A stretch of 64,000 nt of DNA from an uncultured Bacilli bacterium (GCA_944332555.1 CALVKF010000002.1:2962-66961); one strand, 5' to 3'; shown: positions 29,057-38,865, counted from the first letter of the stretch. Numbers and translations: made by a program. The notes: generated by a model not told the origin, from the sequence alone.

Positions 29057-30709
29057 TTATTTAATATTCAATACTTTGTTAAATTCATCTTTCATAGCTG
29101 GTCTCTTTGTTAAATAAAGACAACTTATTTCTTCTATTAAATTAGTAACACTTTTATCAGAACCTTTTATTTTAGATATATGACTAATGTTATATGCAAG
29201 AGCACGATAATCACTTCGATCACTCACAAATTTTGCTTTATTTAGACATTCATCAATATATATTTCGATTAATTCTTTATTATATTTCGGTTGTAAATAG
29301 TGATCATAGATTTTTATAACTTCCATTCCCTTATCTTTTATAGCTAAAAATAAATCATCAAACATTTTTTCTTCTACATAAATATTATATATAATACTTC
29401 CGGCATTAGCTTTTTTCAATTTATCTATAATATTTAATTTTTCTTTATCCCAATCTTGTTTATCATATAATTTTTTTATTTTATTATAAGTTTCTAAATC
29501 ATAAATTTGATATTGAAAAAACATTTTATATAATTGCTCTTTATAATCTTTTATCATATTATTATCATAATAAATATTCATCAAATATTCTTCTAAATCT
29601 CTAACCCGATAATCTTCAGCATCTTTTATAATCCTTTCTTTTAATAGCTTTATAGCTTCATCTACACAATGTTCATTTATTAATAAATCAATATATTTTA
29701 AAAATATAGATTTTTCTTTAGAATATTTTTTTAATAAATCTTTAATATTATTTTGTTCTTTTTTTAATTTATAAATATCAATTAAATAATCAACATAATA
29801 TTTTGCTTTATAATAATAATCTTTATCTATGTTTTCATCTAAAACTTCCAATAATGAATTTTCTATTTCATTTATAAATAGTTTATTTTCTACAAAATAA
29901 GAAACAAGACGATATAACTCAATTCCATAATTAGATAAATCTTCAGTTTTAATTTCGGTAATTACAAACTCTAATATTTTATGTGTAAGTTCTTTATCTT
30001 TATTAGCATTATTATTTAAAATATCATAAATTACCTTTATACAATCATTAGCAACCTCACTAGTAAAACCATTGGAGTCATCAATTTCCGTATCAGGAAT
30101 TGATTCCAATATAACTGATACTATATCAAAAGCTAAATTATAGTTCCCTTTTTGGGTAAGTTTTTCCGCTTCATTTGTAAATTCGTACATATTATGGGTA
30201 TATTCCCATGCATTATCGTAATCTATATAACCATAGTTGCCTTCACAGTTTTTTATACTGTCATAAATTTTTATTCTATATTCTTCTTTAGTTAAAGGAT
30301 TGAAATATTCAATAAATTCTACTCGAAATTTATCATATAACTTTGGGTTTGCTGATACTTCATTAATTAAAAATTCTTTTAAAAGATTGATAGGTATTTC
30401 ATTCACTATAGTAGATAAATCACTTTCAGTAGTGATTGTTTCTAAAGTGTTTTCATTACTTAAATAATATAATAATGCTGCGATATGTTTGCAGTTATAG
30501 CGTCCCTCGGAATACGGACAACTACACCCACCGTGCAAAAATTGGTTATTGACAATTTTAACATGCACACTGTATTTAGATGATCCATAAACAACTGCAG
30601 TTATTATATCTCCATCTTTTTTAATGTTTGTTACATTTCCCTTTGCATAAATACTAAAGCCACGCATTAAAATAACAGATTCAAATTCATCTTCAAAAAC
30701 AATATTCAT
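29057..30709 (-). CDS. SWIM zinc-finger protein with helical-repeat C-terminus
   Basis: CSCPYSEGRYNCKHIAALLYYL fits the CxCx(n)CxH SWIM signature. Own promoter TTTACA-17-TATAAT downstream of the sRNA terminator. Confidence 0.65.
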   Translation of the reverse strand: MNIVFEDEFESVILMRGFSIYAKGNVTNIKKDGDIITAVVYGSSKYSVHVKIVNNQFLHGGCSCPYSEGRYNCKHIAALLYYLSNENTLETITTESDLSTIVNEIPINLLKEFLINEVSANPKLYDKFRVEFIEYFNPLTKEEYRIKIYDSIKNCEGNYGYIDYDNAWEYTHNMYEFTNEAEKLTQKGNYNLAFDIVSVILESIPDTEIDDSNGFTSEVANDCIKVIYDILNNNANKDKELTHKILEFVITEIKTEDLSNYGIELYRLVSYFVENKLFINEIENSLLEVLDENIDKDYYYKAKYYVDYLIDIYKLKKEQNNIKDLLKKYSKEKSIFLKYIDLLINEHCVDEAIKLLKERIIKDAEDYRVRDLEEYLMNIYYDNNMIKDYKEQLYKMFFQYQIYDLETYNKIKKLYDKQDWDKEKLNIIDKLKKANAGSIIYNIYVEEKMFDDLFLAIKDKGMEVIKIYDHYLQPKYNKELIEIYIDECLNKAKFVSDRSDYRALAYNISHISKIKGSDKSVTNLIEEISCLYLTKRPAMKDEFNKVLNIK

Positions 30710-30762
30710 AATTACCTCATTTAATTAAGATAATTATATCATTTCATAATATTTATGTAAAC

Positions 30763-30868
30763 AAAAAAAGACCGGCCATTCGGCCGATCATCAGGGGGTT
30801 TTGGTTGATCTCTTCACATTGAGATTCGTAAGAGAGATCAGGTTATCAGCATGATGAAGTATCATGCT
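30763..30868 (-). ncRNA. C-rich small RNA candidate, copy 1 (RsaE/RoxS-like architecture)
   Basis: Promoter TTGACA(30903-30898)-17 nt-TAAGAT(30880-30875). Hairpin 1 is AGCAUGAU/AUCAUGCU (30868-30848) and hairpin 2 spans 30839-30807. The single-stranded linker is AACCAAAACCCCCUGAU. The terminator is GAUCGGCC-GAAU-GGCCGGUC plus U7 (30789-30763). Confidence 0.65.
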
Positions 30869-30917
30869 AGTATAATCTTAATATTTTTTTTGTAGTTTGT
30901 CAATACAATTTTTTAAA

Positions 30918-32912
30918 TTAATCTAAAAAATTTATTTTTTCTAATTCTTTTTCGTAAAGCAAATTTCCCTTATATAGGGACTTTTTCAGGTAAATTTCCG
31001 AATCTTTTTTTGCTTGTAATAAAATTTTATAGTCTCTTTTGAAATCAGCAATTTTAAGTGTTTCTTCCCCACTTTGTTTAACTCCAAATAAGTCGCCATG
31101 ACCACGTTGTTCAAAATCTTTTTCACTTATATAAAAGCCATCATTACTTTCTTCCATTACTTTTAATCTTGCATTATCACTAACATTAGTAACTAAATAA
31201 CAAAAACTTTGAATATCACTTCTACCAACACGGCCCCGAAGTTGATGAAGAGTTGCTAAGCCAAATCTCTCAGCATTAAAAATAACCATCATTGATGCAT
31301 TAGGAATATCAATACCTACTTCAATAACTGTAGTTGAAATTAATATTCTTATTTCTCCCTTTTGAAATTTTAACATCAGTTCATCTTTTTCTTTTTGTTT
31401 TAACTTACCATGAAGTATTTCTATTTTGATTACATCACTATTAAAAGCTTTACTAAGTTTTTCTTTTAATTCATAAACACTATTTAAATTAATTTCATCA
31501 TTTTGTTCAATTAAGGGAGATACTACAAATATTTGATGACCTAATTTTAATTCTTCATACATTTTAAGTAATACTTCTCTAATATTTTTTTCAAGCACTA
31601 CCTTAGTTATAATTTCTTTTCTTAAATTTGGTTTAGTTTTAATTTGCGATAAATCTAGATCACCATAAATAGTTAGAGCATAAGTTCTAGGAATTGGAGT
31701 TGCTGATAAATACAGGACATCCGCATTTTTTTTAGAACCTTTATTTTGCAGGGTATTTCTTTGATTTACCCCAAAACGATGTTGTTCATCAGTTATAACT
31801 AATCCTAAGTTTTTAAATTCTGCTCCCGCATTTAATAAAGCATGAGTTCCAATTATTAAATCAATTTCTCCCTGTTCTAATCTTTCATATATTTTTTCTT
31901 TTTGCTTTTTAGTTAAACTACCAGTTAGTAATTCTACTTTTATATCATAATTGCTAAAATAATTTTTTACTTGTTCATAATGTTGTTTAGCAAGTATTTC
32001 TGTCGGGGCCATAAAAGCACTTTGATAGCCACTTAAAAAACAGGCATAAATAGCAGTTATAGCTACAATTGTTTTACCACTACCAACATCTCCTAGGACT
32101 AAACGATTCATTCTTTTATCACTTTTTAAATCATTTAAAATATCACTTATTGTTGTTTCTTGATCTGTAGTTAATTTAAAACTTAAGTTACTTAAAAATT
32201 CATTTAACTCATCTTCTCTAAAATATTTCGGAGTGCCAAGAGCCTCTTTATTAATAGTACTTAAATAATTTATTTTAAACATATATAAAAATAATTCTTC
32301 ATATATTAATTTTAATTCACTTTTTTTAATATCTTCAACACTATTAGGTTGATGAATTAATCTTATAGCATCTCTTTTAGATAATAACTTATAATGAATA
32401 TTAAACATTTCTGGGACATAATCTGGTATATCATAATCAAGTTTTAAAGCTTCTCCAATTAATTTTTCTAAAGTATTATTTTTAATCCCTTCAGTTAAGT
32501 GATATTTAACTTCTATTTTGTTATCTTCAACACTAAATTTTATATCACTTGCTACAAAAGTATTTTTTAATTTATTATATTTACCAATTAATACTACTTC
32601 TTTATTAATAGTTAAATTATTCTTTAAAAAAGCTCTATTAAATATTGTTACTTTAAAATTTATATTATTACTTGATGCAATAAAATCTAATTTATTAAAA
32701 TTTCTCCTGATATAAAAAACTTTACAAGCACTCAAAATAGTGGCGGGTACAAAACACACTTCGCCATCAGTTACTTCATCAATATTTTTTAACTTAATAA
32801 TATTATATCTATAGGGGTAAAATGTTAGTAAATCTTCTACAGTATAAATATTTAATTTATTAAGTAAATTTTCGGTTTTTGGTCCAATATTTTTAATTAA
32901 ATTCAAATTCAT
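30918..32912 (-). CDS. recG: ATP-dependent DNA helicase RecG
   Basis: Wedge/OB N-terminus and helicase motifs GDVGSGKT, DEQHRFG, SATPIPRT, QLRGRVGR. Confidence 0.9.
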   Translation of the reverse strand: MNLNLIKNIGPKTENLLNKLNIYTVEDLLTFYPYRYNIIKLKNIDEVTDGEVCFVPATILSACKVFYIRRNFNKLDFIASSNNINFKVTIFNRAFLKNNLTINKEVVLIGKYNKLKNTFVASDIKFSVEDNKIEVKYHLTEGIKNNTLEKLIGEALKLDYDIPDYVPEMFNIHYKLLSKRDAIRLIHQPNSVEDIKKSELKLIYEELFLYMFKINYLSTINKEALGTPKYFREDELNEFLSNLSFKLTTDQETTISDILNDLKSDKRMNRLVLGDVGSGKTIVAITAIYACFLSGYQSAFMAPTEILAKQHYEQVKNYFSNYDIKVELLTGSLTKKQKEKIYERLEQGEIDLIIGTHALLNAGAEFKNLGLVITDEQHRFGVNQRNTLQNKGSKKNADVLYLSATPIPRTYALTIYGDLDLSQIKTKPNLRKEIITKVVLEKNIREVLLKMYEELKLGHQIFVVSPLIEQNDEINLNSVYELKEKLSKAFNSDVIKIEILHGKLKQKEKDELMLKFQKGEIRILISTTVIEVGIDIPNASMMVIFNAERFGLATLHQLRGRVGRSDIQSFCYLVTNVSDNARLKVMEESNDGFYISEKDFEQRGHGDLFGVKQSGEETLKIADFKRDYKILLQAKKDSEIYLKKSLYKGNLLYEKELEKINFLD

Positions 32913-32990
32913 AATGTGCTCCTAAAAATATTATAACAAAATTATCAAAAAAGTGTTGACAAACTTACAAAAATCGGTTAGGATATTAAT

Positions 32991-33087
32991 CACCAATTCA
33001 CTTAAAGGCGAATTGGTGCTAGTATCACACTAGTCAACCCCTTTTTATTCTTTTGAAGCACTCGAATGAGTGCTTCGTATTTTTTTG
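32991..33087 (+). ncRNA. C-rich small RNA candidate, copy 2 (paralog of 30763..30868)
   Basis: Promoter TTGACA(32956-32961)-17 nt-TAGGAT(32979-32984). Hairpin CACCAAUUC/GAAUUGGUG, then hairpin CUAGU/ACUAG. The linker is UCAACCCCUUUUUAUUCUUUU. The terminator is GAAGCACUC-GAAU-GAGUGCUUC plus a U-run (33055-33087). There is no downstream plus-strand gene. Confidence 0.65.
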
Positions 33088-33103
33088 CTTTAAAAATAAC
33101 AAC

Positions 33104-34219
33104 TCATTTTGAGTTGTTATTTTCATTGTCAGTTTTATTACCATGAGTATAATCTGCCGCAGCATTATTATTAGGATTATCAAAACTAAATTGTGGTGGA
33201 TTAGGATTTTCTTTATCAACTGGAGATTTAGTTTCTTTAAATGTCTCAACCATTGCTAAACTCTCAACATCTTCAGTATTACCAACTGGAGTATTTAGAG
33301 AATCAACTAGTTTTTTATCAATATTTAAAGTCTCTAAACTTTCAACATTAGCATTATTAGTTTGATTGTTAGTAACATTTAAGTTATCAACATTATTATT
33401 TGTATTTTGATTGTTAATAACTTCAGAGTTATCAACATTATTATTTGGTACATCAACAACATTACTAGTACCAGCAACGCTTTTAGGCATATGTTTAACA
33501 TCAATGTTACCTTTTTTCTTGATTAGATTTGATGCTAAAAGCAAGAAAACTAAAGCAATAAATATACCGCCACCAATTAAGATGTAATTCCAAGGTATAG
33601 GGTTTAATTTAAAATCTAAAGTTATTTCATTTGTTTTAGTTAAATCCCAAGTTAATGTTCTACCATCTTCTGATACACTAGTTGCATTGTGATTTTCTGG
33701 TTTATTTGGTAGTCTTACAACAAATAGCGCATCGATATAATCACTATATTCGCTATTTTCTTCTGAACTATAATCACTTTCGCTATCTATATAAATCTTT
33801 AGAGAATATACACCACCGCTATAAGTAAATATTTTTAAATCTTCTGTAGTCAACATCTCTTGAAGATTTTGGTTAGCATCATCACTCACCAAGGAAGAAA
33901 TATTACTAAAAGTTTTAGAAAAACTTAAACCTTTGTAAGTATCATCACTATAATGTTCTTTAACATATCCGTAATCTACCGGATTGTCTTCAGATTCATT
34001 ATACATTGTATCAATTGCTTCCCATCGTTGTTCATCAGTATAACCAGTTGCTAAATCTATTTCATCAAGCATAACATTATCAATAAATTCATCATCAAAA
34101 GCTGCAATACCTGTAATTACAACTGTTTCATCATCATTAATTGTAATATTAAATTCTTCCTTTACTGCACAACCACTAGTTAAAAGTAAAACTATAATTA
34201 AACATATAAACTTCTTCAT
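33104..34219 (-). CDS. lipoprotein with C-terminal TM helix and Asn-rich tail
   Basis: Lipobox LLLTSGC, a TM helix (ILIGGGIFIALVFLLLASNLI), and a low-complexity N/V/D tail. Confidence 0.55.
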   Translation of the reverse strand: MKKFICLIIVLLLTSGCAVKEEFNITINDDETVVITGIAAFDDEFIDNVMLDEIDLATGYTDEQRWEAIDTMYNESEDNPVDYGYVKEHYSDDTYKGLSFSKTFSNISSLVSDDANQNLQEMLTTEDLKIFTYSGGVYSLKIYIDSESDYSSEENSEYSDYIDALFVVRLPNKPENHNATSVSEDGRTLTWDLTKTNEITLDFKLNPIPWNYILIGGGIFIALVFLLLASNLIKKKGNIDVKHMPKSVAGTSNVVDVPNNNVDNSEVINNQNTNNNVDNLNVTNNQTNNANVESLETLNIDKKLVDSLNTPVGNTEDVESLAMVETFKETKSPVDKENPNPPQFSFDNPNNNAAADYTHGNKTDNENNNSK

Positions 34220-34225
34220 TAACTC

Positions 34226-37200
34226 TTACTCCTTATTTAACATTTTTTGATAATCTTCATATCTTTTTATAGCATTTTCTTTTTGTTCTGCTAATATTTC
34301 TTTGGCTAATTCCGGATTTTTTAACTTTAGAGCATTAAATCTAACTTCATTATCTAAAAATTCTTCATATTTATCAAAGTTTGGTTTAGCAGAATCAATT
34401 TTTAAACCACTATCATAACGCATTAAAATATTATATCCGCATTCAACACTTAATTTTTCTTCTAATATGCTTGTACCCATTCCTGTTTTAATACCTTGTT
34501 CAATACATGGTGAGTAAGCAATAATTATTGCTGGACCTTGATGTTCTTCTGCTTCCTTAAAGGCATTAATTGCTTGTTGCATATTAGCACCAAGAGCAAT
34601 ACTTGCTACATAACAATTTGGAACACATGTGGCAATCTTAAATAAATCTTTTTTATTAGTTCTCTTACCCATATTAGCAAATTCCGCGATAGCTCCAAGT
34701 TTTGTTGCTTTACTTGCTTGACCACCAGTATTAGAATATACTTCGGTATCTAAAACCAAAACTTTAATATTTTCATTAGAATGAAGAACATGATCTAGTC
34801 CACCATAACCAATATCATAAGCCCAGCCATCACCACCAATTGCCCAAACACTGCGAGCAGGAATGTAATCAAGTAAATCTACTAATTCTTTAGGAATAGT
34901 TTTATTCTTTAATTTTTCTTTTATTTCTAAAGTTTTTTCAAAGTCTTCTCTATTTTCTAACCAATCCTTAAATAATTCCTGTTCTCCCTTTTCTACCGAA
35001 TCTATTGCTTCTTCCATAATGTGGGCAATTCGATCGCGTTTTTGTTTGTAAGAAGTATAAATACCTAAAGCAAATTCGGCATTATCTTCAAATAAGGAAT
35101 TAGCCCATGGAATACTATATGGGGTTGATGGAGTTGAACCACCATAAATACTTGAACAACCTGTAGCATTGGCAATAACTAATTTTTCTCCGAATAGTTG
35201 GGTTAATAACTTAATGTATGGAGTTTCCCCGCAGCCAGCACAAGCACCACTAAATTCAAATAATGGCCTTTCAAGTTGCGAGCCTTTAACTGTAAATTTA
35301 TTTAATGGATTTTTAAATGGATAGAAATCTTCAAAATTCAATTTTTCTTTTTCAGTCTTTTCTTCCATTACTAAAGCTTTATTTCCCATTTTACCAGGAC
35401 AAACATTTGCACATACACCACATCCTGTACAATCTTCTTCACTTATCAATATTTCATAATATAAGCCATCTTGCCCCATAAAAGGAATACCTTTGGCTTC
35501 ATCAACTGTAGTAATACTACGAATAACAGCATGAGGACAAGATAAAGCACACATTCCGCATTGGATACAATTTTCTTTATGCCAAACAGGAATGATATTA
35601 GAAATATTTCTTTTTTCATCTTTAGTTGAACCACCAGGAAATCTTCCATTTTCATAAGAAGCAAGGCTACTCACCGGAAGAGTATCACCAAGTCTTCTAT
35701 TAATTAAATCAATTAAATTATCATCAACTATTTCAATACTTGTATTATAATCTCCAGTTACTTCTAGACTTTCCAATTTATTTTCGGCATCAATCATAGC
35801 TTTAATATTATTATTTACAACATCTTCACCTTTTGATGCAAAAGCTTTTTCAACACTAGTTTTTATATAATCAAAAGCATTTTCAACATCTAATAATTTT
35901 AATATTAAAAGTTCCATGATTTTACTGATCTTACCAGGAATATGATTTTTCATTGCTATATCTTCAGCATTAATAAAATAAACTTTTATATTTTTACTAT
36001 TTATTGCATTCTTTACTTTATTTGGTAATAATTTTAATAATTCATCTTTATTTTTAATAGTATTAATAAGTAATATTCCACCATTTTTTAAATTACTTAT
36101 CATATCAAACATTTTAAAGTAAACATCTTTGGTAACAACTGTTATTTCTGGATGAGTTACATAATATGGTTCATCAATTGGGGAATCACCATATCTTAAA
36201 TTAGATACTGTTACTCCTCCACTTTTCTTAGAATCATATTGAAAATATCCTTGAACATATTTATCAAGTGATTCATGAACTATTTTTAAAATATCTTTAC
36301 TAGCACTAACCATACCATCTGAACCAAAACCATAAATTTGAATTTCTTTATAATCATTATCAATAGTTATTGGACATGGTTTAATACTTAAATTAGTTAC
36401 ATCATCAGTTATACCAATTGTAAAGTTATGATGAGGACTTTCTGCAAGCATTTTAAATACCCCACAAATATCACTTGGAGTTGTATTTTTACTTGATAAA
36501 CCATATCTTCCACCATAAATTTCTATATCTTCATTCTTTAATACACTACATACATCTAGGTATAAAGGTTCACCAACAGAACCACTTTCTTTAGTTCTGT
36601 CAAGCACTGCAATCCTCTTGACACTTTTAGGTAGTACTTCCCTAAAATATTTAGCACTAAATGGACGATATAAATGAACTTCAATTAAACCAACATCCCC
36701 AAGTTTTTTTACTACTTCTTTAATAGTTGATGTTACACTACCCATTGCAACAATTATATTTTTGGCATGCTCACCACCATAATAATTAAATGGCTTATAA
36801 TCAGTATGCATTATTTCATTAATCTTAGTCATATAATCATTTACAATATCAGGCATAGCATCATAATATTTATTTCTAGCTTCCATTGTTTGAAAATAAA
36901 TATCTTCAGTTTCACTCATTCCATATTGATACTTCTTACCAACATTTAAACATCTATCTTTAAATTCGTTTATTTTATCATAATCAACTAAAGAAAGTAG
37001 TTTATCTTCAGGTATTTCTTCAACTGTATTTAGTTCATGACTAGTTCTAAAACCATCAAAGAAATGTAAGAAAGGAAGACTTCCTTTAATTGCTGAAAGA
37101 TGAGCTACTGCTGCGAGATTCTGAGCATCATTTACACTAGATGATGCTAGCATACAAAATCCTGTAGCTCTCGTTGCATAAATATCTTGGTGATCTCCAA

Positions 37201-37561
37201 AAATAGATAAAGCATGGGTTGCAAGAGAACGAGATGCAACATGTATTACCCCCGGAAGCATTTCTCCAGCCATTTTATACATATTTGGAATCATTAGAAG
37301 TAAACCTTGAGAAGCTGTAAATGTTGAAGCTAAGCTACCTGAAAGTAGTGCTCCATGCATAGCTCCAGCTGCTCCTGCTTCAGACTCCATTTCTAAAACT
37401 TTCGGTTTATCATTAAATATATTAAGTAAATTTGTCCCTGTTAATGTATCAATATTTGCTGCCATAGGACTTGATGGCGTTATAGGATAAATACTACATA
37501 CTTCACTAAAATAATATGCTACTTTACTACATGCAGCATTTCCATCAACTATTTTTTTCAT
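34226..37561 (-). CDS. nifJ: pyruvate:ferredoxin (flavodoxin) oxidoreductase
   Basis: About 1110 aa. Two ferredoxin-type clusters (CIQCGMCALSCP and CTGCGVCANVCP) and the TPP motif GGDGWAYDIGYGGLDH. Start taken at the second ATG (37561), 9 nt after GGAG. Confidence 0.9.
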   Translation of the reverse strand: MKKIVDGNAACSKVAYYFSEVCSIYPITPSSPMAANIDTLTGTNLLNIFNDKPKVLEMESEAGAAGAMHGALLSGSLASTFTASQGLLLMIPNMYKMAGEMLPGVIHVASRSLATHALSIFGDHQDIYATRATGFCMLASSSVNDAQNLAAVAHLSAIKGSLPFLHFFDGFRTSHELNTVEEIPEDKLLSLVDYDKINEFKDRCLNVGKKYQYGMSETEDIYFQTMEARNKYYDAMPDIVNDYMTKINEIMHTDYKPFNYYGGEHAKNIIVAMGSVTSTIKEVVKKLGDVGLIEVHLYRPFSAKYFREVLPKSVKRIAVLDRTKESGSVGEPLYLDVCSVLKNEDIEIYGGRYGLSSKNTTPSDICGVFKMLAESPHHNFTIGITDDVTNLSIKPCPITIDNDYKEIQIYGFGSDGMVSASKDILKIVHESLDKYVQGYFQYDSKKSGGVTVSNLRYGDSPIDEPYYVTHPEITVVTKDVYFKMFDMISNLKNGGILLINTIKNKDELLKLLPNKVKNAINSKNIKVYFINAEDIAMKNHIPGKISKIMELLILKLLDVENAFDYIKTSVEKAFASKGEDVVNNNIKAMIDAENKLESLEVTGDYNTSIEIVDDNLIDLINRRLGDTLPVSSLASYENGRFPGGSTKDEKRNISNIIPVWHKENCIQCGMCALSCPHAVIRSITTVDEAKGIPFMGQDGLYYEILISEEDCTGCGVCANVCPGKMGNKALVMEEKTEKEKLNFEDFYPFKNPLNKFTVKGSQLERPLFEFSGACAGCGETPYIKLLTQLFGEKLVIANATGCSSIYGGSTPSTPYSIPWANSLFEDNAEFALGIYTSYKQKRDRIAHIMEEAIDSVEKGEQELFKDWLENREDFEKTLEIKEKLKNKTIPKELVDLLDYIPARSVWAIGGDGWAYDIGYGGLDHVLHSNENIKVLVLDTEVYSNTGGQASKATKLGAIAEFANMGKRTNKKDLFKIATCVPNCYVASIALGANMQQAINAFKEAEEHQGPAIIIAYSPCIEQGIKTGMGTSILEEKLSVECGYNILMRYDSGLKIDSAKPNFDKYEEFLDNEVRFNALKLKNPELAKEILAEQKENAIKRYEDYQKMLNKE

Positions 37562-37736
37562 GTTTATCATCTCCGTACTATATTAATTATACCTTAAAAT
37601 TGCGAAATTGAAAATAAAACATGCAAAAAAAATTAAAATGTGAAGTGAAAAAATTAAAAAACGACAATTTACTATTGATTAATTTTTTATTTATGATAAA
37701 CTATATTTAGAAAGGACTTTTATGGTGCAGGGGGTA

Positions 37737-37765
37737 TTGACATCGATACTAATTTATAGTACAAT
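37737..37765 (+). promoter_or_regulatory. sigma-A-type promoter of the Abi-like gene
   Basis: TTGACA(37737-37742)-17 nt-TACAAT(37760-37765). Confidence 0.6.
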
Positions 37766-37778
37766 AATTATGTATTGA

Positions 37779-37814
37779 TCTTCGGTATCCCGTGTGGACC
37801 GAAGACGTTTTTTT
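37779..37814 (+). promoter_or_regulatory. 5' leader hairpin plus U7 (terminator/attenuator-like), ending at the start codon
   Basis: 8-bp stem TCTTCGGT/ACCGAAGA (37779-37786, 37798-37805), 11-nt loop ATCCCGTGTGG, then CG plus T7 (37808-37814) abutting ATG 37815. Confidence 0.6.
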
Positions 37815-38780
37815 ATGAAAGATTTTAAATTAGTAACAGAACAAGTCGATTTATTAAAATCAAGAGGTATGTTATTTGAAGATGAACAAGATGCTATATG
37901 TAAGTTATTAAGTGATAACTATTATAATATAATTAATGGATATAAAGACTTGTTTTTAGATACTACTAACAATCAAGAGGTGTTTAAAACCGGTACAACT
38001 TTTAATGAGATATATGCATTATATGAATTTGATAATCAATTAAAAAATATTTTTTTAGAATATATTTTAAAAATTGAAAACATTTTAAGAACTCAAGTAG
38101 CATATCATTTTTCAAGCTTTCACGGAAATGATAATTATTTAAAAATTGATAACTTTGATACTTTTTCATATAATACTTTTATCAACCCTAATCTAAAAGA
38201 AAAACAAATTAAACATATACAATTGTTAATCAGCAATTTAAACAAAAAAATTGCTGATTCGATAAGTAGTACTAAATATATTAATCATTATATCATGAAT
38301 TACGGTTTTATACCTTTATGGGTACTAGTTAATATTTTATCTTTCGGAGATATTTGCAATTTTTATAAATTAATGAATCAAAATGAAAGAATTCATATAA
38401 CAATGTTTTGGGGAATTAGCGATAATGACTTAAAGAGTTTTTTAGGAATCCTATGTCACACAAGAAATTTATGCGCACACAATGAAAGACTTTTTAATTA
38501 TAGCTTTCCTACTAGAGAAACTATAAATGATACAAATTATCACAATTTATTAAATATTCCATCAATAAATAATAGATTTCAATATGGAAAAAATGATTTA
38601 TTTGCTGTAATGATTGTGTTAAAAACATTACTTACTAAAGAAGACTATCAAAAATTTCATTCAAAGATTTACAGCCGATTAAAAAGTATTGAATCAAAAA
38701 TTAAAACGATTTCTTTGAATGACATTCTGGTAGCAATGAATTTCCCGTATAACTGGCATAGTTTATTAAAAATGTCCTAA
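37815..38780 (+). CDS. Abi_2 (AbiD/AbiF-like) abortive-infection family protein
   Basis: MKDFKLVTEQVDLLKSRGMLFEDEQDAICKLLSDNYYNIINGYKDLF... and ..LCHTRNLCAHNERLFN match the Abi-like (PF07751-type) N-terminus and the conserved R-N-x-x-A-H motif. The GTG start at 37794 in the ORF track lies inside the leader hairpin. Confidence 0.65.
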   Translation: MKDFKLVTEQVDLLKSRGMLFEDEQDAICKLLSDNYYNIINGYKDLFLDTTNNQEVFKTGTTFNEIYALYEFDNQLKNIFLEYILKIENILRTQVAYHFSSFHGNDNYLKIDNFDTFSYNTFINPNLKEKQIKHIQLLISNLNKKIADSISSTKYINHYIMNYGFIPLWVLVNILSFGDICNFYKLMNQNERIHITMFWGISDNDLKSFLGILCHTRNLCAHNERLFNYSFPTRETINDTNYHNLLNIPSINNRFQYGKNDLFAVMIVLKTLLTKEDYQKFHSKIYSRLKSIESKIKTISLNDILVAMNFPYNWHSLLKMS

Positions 38781-38800
38781 GTCCACACGGGATACTTAGG
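38776..38800 (+). promoter_or_regulatory. 3' hairpin whose loop is the reverse complement of the 5' leader loop
   Basis: Stem CCTAAGT/ACTTAGG and loop CCACACGGGAT. The TAA stop (38778-38780) lies within the stem. Confidence 0.6.
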
Positions 38801-38865
38801 ATCATTATAAGTATATACAAAATAAATACTATTATTACCAAAACTATATTCCAACCATTTTATAT

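Noticed and set aside
33034-33249. 71-aa minus-strand ORF overlapping the end of 33104..34219 and the sRNA copy 2 terminator.
   Set aside because: It is out of frame with, and overlaps, a better-supported lipoprotein gene. It starts inside the Asn-rich repeat, and its 3' part is the terminator hairpin.
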